A stretch of DNA of 64,000 bases from Planctomycetaceae bacterium (lineage in GTDB: Bacteria; Planctomycetota; Phycisphaerae; SM23-33). The DNA lies in the NCBI GenBank assembly GCA_039680605.1, contig JBDKTA010000014.1:29232-93231 (forward strand), read 5' to 3'. The position numbers and the translations under genes are program-made. The notes below the pieces were generated by a model. That model searched no databases. It was given only the letters and a program-made list of their open reading frames with translations, and was not told the origin of the DNA. Shown here in pieces: positions 56,924 through 64,000 of the stretch (the first letter of the stretch is position 1; each line of letters opens with the position of its first letter).

Positions 56924-57081
56924 TGAGGCATCTCCTGTGTGTGAGGCTGCCCTCTATTCTAGCGTCAGCAGGCCCATCGTGCCACCCGGCAGATGCGCGG
57001 CGGCATTGGGGAGCATGCACAACATTTCTGCCAGAGATCCGCCTGGCGGTGATGCGTCTGGGAATCTCCCCCGGATGGTGG

Positions 57082-58500
57082 TCACGCAGCCTTGCGACGC
57101 CGAAGCATCAGCGCCAGTCCCCCGCCGGCCAGCAGCACCAGGGTGCAGGGCTCGGGAATATCAAGCGTCATCAGCGTGCTGCGCCATGCCAGCGAGAAGT
57201 CCGTGCCTGCCGTGTCGCTGTTGACGGCGATGGCATAGCGTCCGGCGGCAAGGTCGGTCTGGTAGATGTGCTCGACGTTGTCGAGCGTGCTGACGCTGCT
57301 GTCCAGCAGCGAGCCGAGGGCAAACCCGTCGGCGGCGTAAAGCCACAGGTCCAGGTTCGCCAGTGAAGACGCCGGACTGCCCCAACTGGGCCCGTTGAGC
57401 GTGTCGGTGATTGTCCGGTTCCAGGTGAGGATAACGGAAAGATCCGACATGCTCGTGCCGTCGGCGACTTCGAAGAAGTAGTACTTCATCTGGCCGCTGG
57501 TGGGAGCGGCGTCGAAGTCCCATCCGGTGGTTTGCACGTCCGAGACGGCGCTGGCGTTCTGCTCGCCGGCGGTGAGGATGTGGTAGCTGTTGTAGATGTT
57601 CAACTCGCCGGCGCCATACACCTCGTCGAGCGGGCGGGTCGTGGTGCGATCCCAGGTGGCGAACTCTTCCTTGGTCGCGCCGGCCAGCAGGATCGCCTTG
57701 ACAGACTCGGAGTTCCGCGCGTTGACCAGCGCGGGGCTGCCATCGGCGGTCTGCAACAGCATCGTTGCCGCCGCCCCTACCATCGGCGTGGCGTAGCTGG
57801 TGTAGGTGGCCGGGGCGACGATATCGGGCTTGACGCGCCCGACCGTGTCGATCAGCGTCGTGCCCCGGCTGTGGTTTCCGCTGCTGACGCCGACGGCGAT
57901 GGAGTTGTAGCTGGCCGCCAGCAGATTGGGGACCGTGGTGCTTGATCCGTTATTGACGCCCACAACGGCGACATAGTTGTCGCGACTGATCGTGTAGTCA
58001 AACCGCCTCAGGGCCTCAATGTCGTACGCTTCATATCCGGCGCCAAAACTGCCGACCCAACTGTTGTTCTGCACCCGCTGCGTCTCTACCAGCGGCGCTA
58101 ACGTGGTACCGGTTTTGAGAAAACCCGATTGGAGCCAGTTGCCCGCTTCCCAGTTATTGATGGCCGCAACGCCTTTGCCCATGCCGCTGTTGCCATACAG
58201 ATACGTCCCGACTGTCGTGGCATGGCTGGAGATTCCCGTGGCTCCCGACTTCAGGGTGAAGGTCTTACCGGTGAAGGATGTACTGGCCGTGTTGGGCGAG
58301 TAGTTGTTCGACGAGTCCTTGGCCTCAACCTGGCTGACCGAAATGCCGCTGCCGGTGGGAACGCCAGCGCCGAGTTCGGCGACCAGTTGCGTATAGCCGA
58401 TGTCATCAAGGTAGCCCGCCTGCACGGGAGCAGCCAGAAGCGCGATCAAAGCAAAGACGCCAATGAGTATACTTAAGCCTCTGCTGCCGACGCTTTTCAT
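57082..58500 (-). CDS. S8 (subtilase)-like peptidase with PEP-CTERM sorting signal
   Basis: Signal peptide. His-box-like SHATTVGT and Ser-box-like TSYATPMVGAAA. C-terminal IPEPCTLVLLAGGGLALMLRRRKAA is a canonical PEP-CTERM tail. Confidence 0.55.
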   Translation of the reverse strand: MKSVGSRGLSILIGVFALIALLAAPVQAGYLDDIGYTQLVAELGAGVPTGSGISVSQVEAKDSSNNYSPNTASTSFTGKTFTLKSGATGISSHATTVGTYLYGNSGMGKGVAAINNWEAGNWLQSGFLKTGTTLAPLVETQRVQNNSWVGSFGAGYEAYDIEALRRFDYTISRDNYVAVVGVNNGSSTTVPNLLAASYNSIAVGVSSGNHSRGTTLIDTVGRVKPDIVAPATYTSYATPMVGAAATMLLQTADGSPALVNARNSESVKAILLAGATKEEFATWDRTTTRPLDEVYGAGELNIYNSYHILTAGEQNASAVSDVQTTGWDFDAAPTSGQMKYYFFEVADGTSMSDLSVILTWNRTITDTLNGPSWGSPASSLANLDLWLYAADGFALGSLLDSSVSTLDNVEHIYQTDLAAGRYAIAVNSDTAGTDFSLAWRSTLMTLDIPEPCTLVLLAGGGLALMLRRRKAA

Positions 58501-58709
58501 CGGGACGCTCTCCTTCTACCGCGAATCTGCTCCACTCTCTTTACCACTTGCAGTTCCTATCTTTTAGCACATTATGTGCGATTTTGCAAGTGCAAACCTC
58601 CGTCTCAGGGTATTCCCTCAGTTACAGGGGAAGGAAAAGTCGCGGCGGAGGCATTAACTGTTGCCGTTGGCAAAAGGCGCTTGTTATGCCCCCGGCCGGA
58701 TATAGAATC

Positions 58710-59972
58710 ATGCATATGGCCAAAACCCTTCATCCGGTGCTGTACGGGTGGCACATTCGAGCCTTCTTCGTCTTTTCTGTCGCGGTGTCTGCAGCGGCGC
58801 CGTGGGCCCGCGCCGACACGCTCGTGCTCGACAGCGGCAGGCAGCTCCAGGGGCGGCTGGTGCAGCAGTCGGCCAAAGAAGTGCTCTTCGAGGTGCAGAC
58901 TAACGACGGCAAGATCATCGGCGTGCAGTCGTTCGACGCCAAAAACGTCGTCCGCGTGGTCGTTGCGGCCGCGGCTCCGCAGCGGGAGATCGACCCGTCC
59001 AAGCCCACGTATATGGTCGTGCCCATTGAGGGCACCATCGGGATGGACATCTCGGCGGTGCTGCTGCGCAAGATGCTCACCCTGGCGCGCAACACCCGGA
59101 CCGACGTGGTGGTGCTGGAGATCGACAGCCCCGGCGGAATCGTCGAGGACCTCTTCGACATGCTCAAGGTGCTCCAGGAGTTCCGCCAGATGCGCATCGT
59201 CGCCCACGTGAGGCGGGCGCACTCGTGCGCGGCGATCCTGGCCATGTCGTGCAAAGAAATCGTCGTCACCCCCACCGCCTCCATCGGCGGGGCCGTTGTC
59301 TTCACCTTCACGCCCCAGGGAACGCCCTCGAACATCAACGCCAAGTTCGAGTCCATCGTCCGCGCCGAGTGCAAGAGCTTCGTCGAAGCGGCGGGGCACG
59401 AGCCCAAGCTCGTCGAAGGCATGATGCAGACCGACTCTCAGCTCACGCTGGTTGAAAAGGACGGCCGCAAGGTCCTCACCGACCAACCCGCCCGCGGCAA
59501 GGTCATCAAGAAGAAGGGGACGATATTGACGCTATCGGCCGGCGAGGCCGTCGAGGTCGGTCTGGCCAAAGGGCCCGCCGACACGATCGACGAGCTGCGC
59601 AAGCTCCTGGGCATCGAGTCCTGGCAGGAGGGGCTTGGCGACGCCCGCGGCGTGGCGGCGGCGTGGAAACGCAAGATGGCTTCCGATATCAACCGCATCA
59701 AGGCCGTCATGCGCCAGGCCGACGCCATGCTCGCCCAGGCGGCGGCGAACCATCCCCTTCGATTCCGCTACAGCACGCGACTGCAGCTTCAGCAGCAGGC
59801 CGACAAGTGCCTCAAGTTCCTCAACATGGCCGATGCCAATCTCGAACAGGCCCGGCGCACGATCGACGCCAACGCCGAACTGGGCCTGTCCACCACCGGC
59901 CTCGACCAGACGCGCCAACGCATCGATCAATACCGAAAAGAAGTCCAGACCCTCCGCAACGGCAGGCCGTAG
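58710..59972 (+). CDS. NfeD/ClpP-class periplasmic serine protease-like protein
   Basis: Signal peptide. ...VVLEIDSPGGIVED... ClpP/crotonase-fold motif. Start at internal Met (MHMAKTL). Confidence 0.5.
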   Translation: MHMAKTLHPVLYGWHIRAFFVFSVAVSAAAPWARADTLVLDSGRQLQGRLVQQSAKEVLFEVQTNDGKIIGVQSFDAKNVVRVVVAAAAPQREIDPSKPTYMVVPIEGTIGMDISAVLLRKMLTLARNTRTDVVVLEIDSPGGIVEDLFDMLKVLQEFRQMRIVAHVRRAHSCAAILAMSCKEIVVTPTASIGGAVVFTFTPQGTPSNINAKFESIVRAECKSFVEAAGHEPKLVEGMMQTDSQLTLVEKDGRKVLTDQPARGKVIKKKGTILTLSAGEAVEVGLAKGPADTIDELRKLLGIESWQEGLGDARGVAAAWKRKMASDINRIKAVMRQADAMLAQAAANHPLRFRYSTRLQLQQQADKCLKFLNMADANLEQARRTIDANAELGLSTTGLDQTRQRIDQYRKEVQTLRNGRP

Positions 59973-59976
59973 GAAC

Positions 59977-60077
59977 TCACCGCAGAGATCGCAGAGAATC
60001 AGAGAGACGGGGAGGAATCAGAAACCGTCTTCTCTGTCTCTTTATCTCTCTGCGTTCTCTGCGAACTCCGCGGTGAA
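59977..60077. repeat. intergenic inverted-repeat element, family A copy 2 (short form)
   Basis: Left arm ctcaccgcagagatcgcagagaatcagagag. Right arm ctctctgcgttctctgcgaactccgcggtgaa (60046..60077), 29/30 identical to the copy-1 right arm. Sits between the convergent NfeD-like and tldE genes. Confidence 0.6.
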
Positions 60078-60083
60078 GCGGAT

Positions 60084-61406
60084 TTAGAGCGTGAAGGCGA
60101 AGTTGTCGATCAAGGCGCCGGGGAGGCGCATCGAGGCCGTGCTGCGGGAGTCGTAGGTCTCGCTGTCGGCAATCAAATCGCGCTCGGCGGTCAGGCCCAG
60201 CAGGTTGCTGCCGAACATGCGGTAGACCGTCTCGTCGAATCGCATCACGTTCAGCGGCGCGGCGATCTGGCCGCCTTCCACCCAGAACGTCGCGAACCGC
60301 GTCATGCCGGTGATGCGCCCGCCGGGGCGGTCGGAATAATTCAGGTACCACAGCGTGTTGACGTAGACGCCCTCGCCGATGCGCGTGGGCACGTCGGCCA
60401 GCGATAGCTCGCCGGCGGCCATGTCCAGCGACGCCGGGCTCTCCCAGCGGTCGGCGCCGTTGGTGGGCACGGCGTATTCTTTGGCCGAGCGCGGGCTGGC
60501 CAGCGCCCCGGCATGTCGGCCGCCTTCGACCAGCGAGACTGAATCGGGCTTGATGAACCCCTCGGCCGAGAAGTTCGCCGCCAGGCCCTCGCGCGTATTT
60601 TCCGTCAGCGCCACGCCCGGGGCGAATGTCTGCTCGCCTTCGATGAGCTTGAGCAGGCTCGTCGTGCGCGTGCGGTGGGCCTTGAGACCGAACCCGCCCC
60701 AGCAGAGCATGTTCATGACTTCGCCCACGGCCGCCGGGGACAGGTAGACGCGGTATTGGCCCGGAGGCACAGTCTTGGGCGAGCGCTTCATGACGTCGAG
60801 CTGCCGGCGTGCCAGGTCCATCTTGACGCCGAAAGCGGCGGCGTCCCAGGCGAATCCGGCGTACTGCGTTTTCACCGCCTTGTCGGCGGCGTGGTAGAAG
60901 CTCCAGTCGAGATTGAAGCTGTGCGTCGAGAACCAGTTCCGCTGGCCCAGCGAGTTGGCGAACCCGCGCGTGATCTCGCCGGCGGCGTAGAGTCCCACCA
61001 GGTCCAACCCGCCCGCGGCGGCCAGCACGGTGTCCACCGCGTCGGCGGCGTCGGGCAGGCGGTCGGGGCCGATCTGTTCGGTGCTGTGGACCTGCTCGGC
61101 AAAGAGCAGATACGGATCCTCGGACAATTCGCCCAGAGCGGTTCGAAGCTCGTCCAGCGCCTGGCGCGCGGCAGTCAGATCGGCCTGTTCGTCGGCGGAA
61201 ATGCCGATCACTTTGGCCGCATGCCGCCGGCCTTCGATCAGCTCCACTCGCAGGCACTGCTGGAGGACGCTGCCCGGCTGTCGGACGGCGGCCTTGTTAA
61301 AACGGACGAAATCCGACCGCTCGCCGGCAAGGTAGAGGAGGATCACTTCGTTCTTGCCCGCCGTGGCGGTCAGTTCGTCGGCCAGTTTGTAGAAAGTTTG
61401 CTGCAC
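60084..61406 (-). CDS. tldE: TldE/PmbA-family metalloprotease partner
   Basis: PmbA_TldD-family length (440 aa) and conserved C-terminal region. Lacks the HExxxH of TldD. Confidence 0.75.
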   Translation of the reverse strand: MQQTFYKLADELTATAGKNEVILLYLAGERSDFVRFNKAAVRQPGSVLQQCLRVELIEGRRHAAKVIGISADEQADLTAARQALDELRTALGELSEDPYLLFAEQVHSTEQIGPDRLPDAADAVDTVLAAAGGLDLVGLYAAGEITRGFANSLGQRNWFSTHSFNLDWSFYHAADKAVKTQYAGFAWDAAAFGVKMDLARRQLDVMKRSPKTVPPGQYRVYLSPAAVGEVMNMLCWGGFGLKAHRTRTTSLLKLIEGEQTFAPGVALTENTREGLAANFSAEGFIKPDSVSLVEGGRHAGALASPRSAKEYAVPTNGADRWESPASLDMAAGELSLADVPTRIGEGVYVNTLWYLNYSDRPGGRITGMTRFATFWVEGGQIAAPLNVMRFDETVYRMFGSNLLGLTAERDLIADSETYDSRSTASMRLPGALIDNFAFTL

Positions 61407-61435
61407 AATTCACATCCTTACCAAGGGCCGGATGG

Positions 61436-61469
61436 GTGCCACGCACAACTCCGTTGTGCGTGTCCCTGA
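61436..61469. repeat. 34-bp inverted repeat A (contains 10-bp-stem palindrome cacgcacaac-tcc-gttgtgcgtg)
   Basis: gtgccacgcacaactccgttgtgcgtgtccctga is the exact reverse complement of 63024..63057. Confidence 0.8.
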
Positions 61470-61484
61470 TCGTCCGAACGGTCT

Positions 61485-61546
61485 GGGAGCATGGGCGAGA
61501 CGCCCATGCCACAAAACCGGGAGCATGGGCGAGACGCCCATGCCAC
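61485..61546. repeat. two tandem 28-bp hairpin units gggagcatgggcgagacgcccatgccac (period 34)
   Basis: Identical units at 61485..61512 and 61519..61546. Each holds the palindrome catgggcg-aga-cgcccatg. A degenerate third copy follows. Confidence 0.8.
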
Positions 61547-61567
61547 TCACTGGCGGGGACGCCCGTG

Positions 61568-63037
61568 CTATGCCCCGCCAAAGACTTCAACATCCGCAAA
61601 CAGGCACGCTGGGCTGGCGTGGCCGGTGCCGACGCACTGATTGGGCTCGCCCTTGCCGCAGTTGGGCGTGCCCAGCGTTTCCATCGTCGCGGCAGAGCCT
61701 ACCATCTTGAGATTCCGCCAGAACGTGGCGGAGATCCCGCGGTAATTGGGGTTCTTGACCACCGTCGTCAGCCGCCCGTCCTCGATCAACCGCCCCCATT
61801 CGCAACCAAACTGGAACTTGTTGCGGCTGTCGTCGATCGACCAGGAGCGGTTGGTCTTCATGTAGACGCCGCGCTTGACGGCCGCGATCATCGCTTCCAG
61901 GCTCGCGCTGCCGCACTCGACGTTGAGGTTGGCCATGCGGTCGATAGGCGGGCGGTTCCAGTTGCACGCGCGGCTGGACGCCGTCCCGGAGTCGCGCCCC
62001 GCGCGGGCCTGCGAGAACGCTCCGCCCTGCACGCCCTTGAGGATTCCCTTTTCGATGATGGCCGTCTTGCGCGCGGGCGCGCCGTCGTCGTCCCAGCCGA
62101 AGCTGGCGTTGGCGAACGCGCACGTCGGATCGTAGAACACGTTGAGCAGTTCGCTGCCGTAGCGGTACGAGCCGATCATGTCCAGCGTGACAAAACTCGT
62201 GCCGGCGTAGTTCTGCTCGTCGCCCAGGATGCGGTCCAGCTCGAGCGGGTGGCCGATCGACTCGTGAACCTGCAGCACCATCTGGTCGCTGTCGATCAGC
62301 AGGTCCATCGAACTCTTGGGGCAGTTGGGCGCATCAAGCAGCTCGATTGCCTCGCCCGCCAGGCGCGGCGCGGCGGCGGTGAAGTTGCACCGCGTCAGCA
62401 CCTCCGCCCCGCCCTGCTGGCTGTACCCGTGCCCGCCGAGGGTGCGCGTCTGCGTGTCGCTGCCGCGATTGGCCGAGACCGACATGAACACCGCCGCCGA
62501 CGAGAACGATTGCTCGATGCGAGTCCCCGCCGTCGTCAGCAGCAGCGTCTGCCAGTTCCAGTGTCGCACGGCCGTCATCCAGTCGACGATGCAGTCGGCG
62601 GTCTTAAGTTTCCGCGACTGCTCGGTCAGCACCTCCAGCAGCGCCGCCAGCGACAGCGACGACCAGGGCGTCTCCTCCGGCGTGCGATATTCGCCCGTAA
62701 CCGCCGCGGGAATCAGCTTGCTGAAGTCGGTCACGCACCGCCCCGCGGTGTGTTTCGCCCAGCGGGCAGCTTGCTGTGCAGCGTTCTTGAGTCCCTCGCG
62801 CGACAGATCGCACGTGGCGCCGTATCCGATCCCCCCACCGGCGATGACGGTGATCATCGCTCCTTCGTCATGACTGAGCCCCGGCGCCTCAGGGACATCC
62901 TGACGCACCAGGAGCGACCGCCCGTCACTGCACACGTGTCGCAGCGAACAGAAGTCCACCCCGGAAGGAACGATATCGCGAAAGATTGACTCTATGTTCT
63001 TCACGTTTGCTCTGGTTGTATGTTCAGGGACACGCAC
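61568..63037 (-). CDS. tldD: TldD-family metalloprotease
   Basis: HESIGHPLE HExxxH motif and PmbA_TldD family body; 489 aa. The annotated GTG start lies inside inverted repeat B. Confidence 0.8.
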   Translation of the reverse strand: MRVPEHTTRANVKNIESIFRDIVPSGVDFCSLRHVCSDGRSLLVRQDVPEAPGLSHDEGAMITVIAGGGIGYGATCDLSREGLKNAAQQAARWAKHTAGRCVTDFSKLIPAAVTGEYRTPEETPWSSLSLAALLEVLTEQSRKLKTADCIVDWMTAVRHWNWQTLLLTTAGTRIEQSFSSAAVFMSVSANRGSDTQTRTLGGHGYSQQGGAEVLTRCNFTAAAPRLAGEAIELLDAPNCPKSSMDLLIDSDQMVLQVHESIGHPLELDRILGDEQNYAGTSFVTLDMIGSYRYGSELLNVFYDPTCAFANASFGWDDDGAPARKTAIIEKGILKGVQGGAFSQARAGRDSGTASSRACNWNRPPIDRMANLNVECGSASLEAMIAAVKRGVYMKTNRSWSIDDSRNKFQFGCEWGRLIEDGRLTTVVKNPNYRGISATFWRNLKMVGSAATMETLGTPNCGKGEPNQCVGTGHASPACLFADVEVFGGA

Positions 63038-63057
63038 AACGGAGTTGTGCGTGGCAC
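63024..63057. repeat. 34-bp inverted repeat B (reverse complement of 61436..61469)
   Basis: tcagggacacgcacaacggagttgtgcgtggcac, a 34/34 match to the reverse complement of repeat A. Overlaps the first 5 codons of tldD. Confidence 0.8.
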
Positions 63058-63062
63058 CCTCC

Positions 63063-63104
63063 TGATTACTGATTACTGGTTACTGATTACTTTTCACCGA
63101 TTAC
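63063..63104. repeat. heptanucleotide tandem array (TGATTAC)x~6, partly degenerate
   Basis: tgattac tgattac tggttac tgattac ttttcac cgattac, directly between the carA stop and the tldD start. Confidence 0.7.
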
Positions 63105-64000
63105 TACTTCTGCCCCGCCTTGGCCAGCTTCTCCTGCGCCGCGTGCATCTGCTGGCCCGTCGGGGCGCTGCCGCTTTCCATCATGTCGCGGAAGCAGTCG
63201 AACAGATACGTCGCGTCGTGCGGACCGGGGCTGGCCTCGGGGTGGTACTGCACGCTGAACAATGCCTGGTCCGGGTGCGTGAAGCCTTCAACCGTGTTGT
63301 CGTTGAGGTTGATGTGCGTCACGGCCGCCCCCGTGGCGATCAGCGACTTCTCCTCCACCGCAAACCCGTGGTTCTGCGAGGTGATCTCGACCTTGCCCGT
63401 CGACTGGTTGCGCACCGGCTGATTGCAGCCGCGATGGCCGAACTTCAGCTTGTACGTCTGCGCGCCCAGCGCCAGGCCCAGCATCTGGTGGCCCAGGCAG
63501 ATGCCGAAGATCGGCACCTTGCCCAGAAGGTCGCGCAGCGACTCGATGGTGTACGTGACGGCCGCAGGGTCGCCCGGGCCGTTGGAGACGAACACGCCCT
63601 GGGGCTTGTGCGCCAGGATCTCCGCGGCGCTGGCGCCGGCCGGCACGACCGAAACATTGCAGCCGCACTCGACGAGGTTGCGCAGGATGTTGGTCTTGGC
63701 CCCGCAGTCGATGGCCACCACGTCGTAAACTTTCGCCCCGTGCTCGCGGTGCGCCTGGGCGAACTTGCTGGAGTAACCGTCGGCCCACTTATATCCTTCT
63801 GTCGGGGCGACGACCTTGACCAGGTCCAGTCCGGCCATGCTCGGAATGGCGGCCGCTCGCTTGACCAGTTCCGCATCGTCGAGAATCTCGGTGCTCAGCA
63901 CGCCGTTGAGCGCGCCGGTGATGCGGATGTACCGCGTCAGCGCCCGCGTGTCGATGCCGGCCAGGCCCATGACGCCGGCGGCTGCGAGGTACTCATCGAG
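63104..64000 (-). CDS. carA: carbamoyl-phosphate synthase small (glutaminase) subunit, 5' partial (continues beyond window end)
   Basis: ...GIDTRALT... linker and C-terminal class-I GATase motifs ICLGHQMLGLA. The in-frame coding sequence continues to nt 64000 with no start. Confidence 0.85.
   Translation of the reverse strand, partial: LDEYLAAAGVMGLAGIDTRALTRYIRITGALNGVLSTEILDDAELVKRAAAIPSMAGLDLVKVVAPTEGYKWADGYSSKFAQAHREHGAKVYDVVAIDCGAKTNILRNLVECGCNVSVVPAGASAAEILAHKPQGVFVSNGPGDPAAVTYTIESLRDLLGKVPIFGICLGHQMLGLALGAQTYKLKFGHRGCNQPVRNQSTGKVEITSQNHGFAVEEKSLIATGAAVTHINLNDNTVEGFTHPDQALFSVQYHPEASPGPHDATYLFDCFRDMMESGSAPTGQQMHAAQEKLAKAGQK

Noticed and set aside
61485-61546. Possible CRISPR array from the repeated 28-mers
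   Set aside because: Only two full repeats, separated by a 6-bp gap rather than 25-40-bp spacers. No cas genes. Units are palindromic REP-like hairpins.
63104-64000. Functional link between carA (carbamoyl-phosphate synthase small subunit) and the ATP-grasp domain at 7966..9019
   Set aside because: carA is 55 kb away on a separate transcription unit with tldD/tldE and no carB-like large subunit nearby. The ATP-grasp domain lacks the duplicated CPSase architecture. Coincidental.

Overview
High-GC (~65%) bacterial window with no rRNA, tRNA or CRISPR found. Planctomycetota-type markers are present: two DUF1559 H-X9-DG prepilin-like proteins, a PEP-CTERM anchor and WG-repeat proteins. About 46 kb of the window is one very large Wzx/Wzy-type polysaccharide biosynthesis locus. 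It opens with a plus-strand di-N-acetyl sugar block: CapD/WbpM-like dehydratase, DegT aminotransferase, heparinase II/III-like protein and GNAT. A priming WecA-like transferase follows that is fused to an ATP-grasp domain. Next is a ~25-kb co-directional minus-strand operon (8964..34306) of ~26 genes: - two tandem GT2 polyprenyl-phosphate glycosyltransferases, an MprF-like flippase domain, a GT-C-like membrane protein and a methyltransferase; - five GT4 and one further GT2; - polysaccharide deacetylase, LbH acetyltransferase and alanine racemase; - a CMP-ulosonic-acid module: NeuB-family synthase, KdsC-type phosphatase, cytidylyltransferase, GmhA-like isomerase, SDR, Gfo/Idh/MocA and a KpsC/KpsS-like transferase; - Wzx, Wzy and a bi-domain MDR+Gfo/Idh/MocA oxidoreductase. 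Downstream lie a pyruvyl transferase with an FrhB-like Fe-S partner, a second bi-domain oxidoreductase paralog, and a PAPS-synthesis set (cysC, cysD, cysNC) that carries a duplicated APS-kinase domain. Other content: a DUF1559/DUF1559/giant GspK-PilX-like pseudopilin trio with two tandem carbohydrate-binding-like repeats, an Fkp-like fucokinase/guanylyltransferase homolog, an aldo/keto reductase with Fe-S domain, an S8-like peptidase with PEP-CTERM, an NfeD/ClpP-class protease, tldE/tldD and a partial carA. Non-genic structure includes two copies of an intergenic inverted-repeat element, a perfect 34-bp inverted repeat pair bracketing tldD, tandem 28-bp hairpin units and a heptanucleotide tandem array. 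Long antisense ORFs in the six-frame track are treated as high-GC artefacts.
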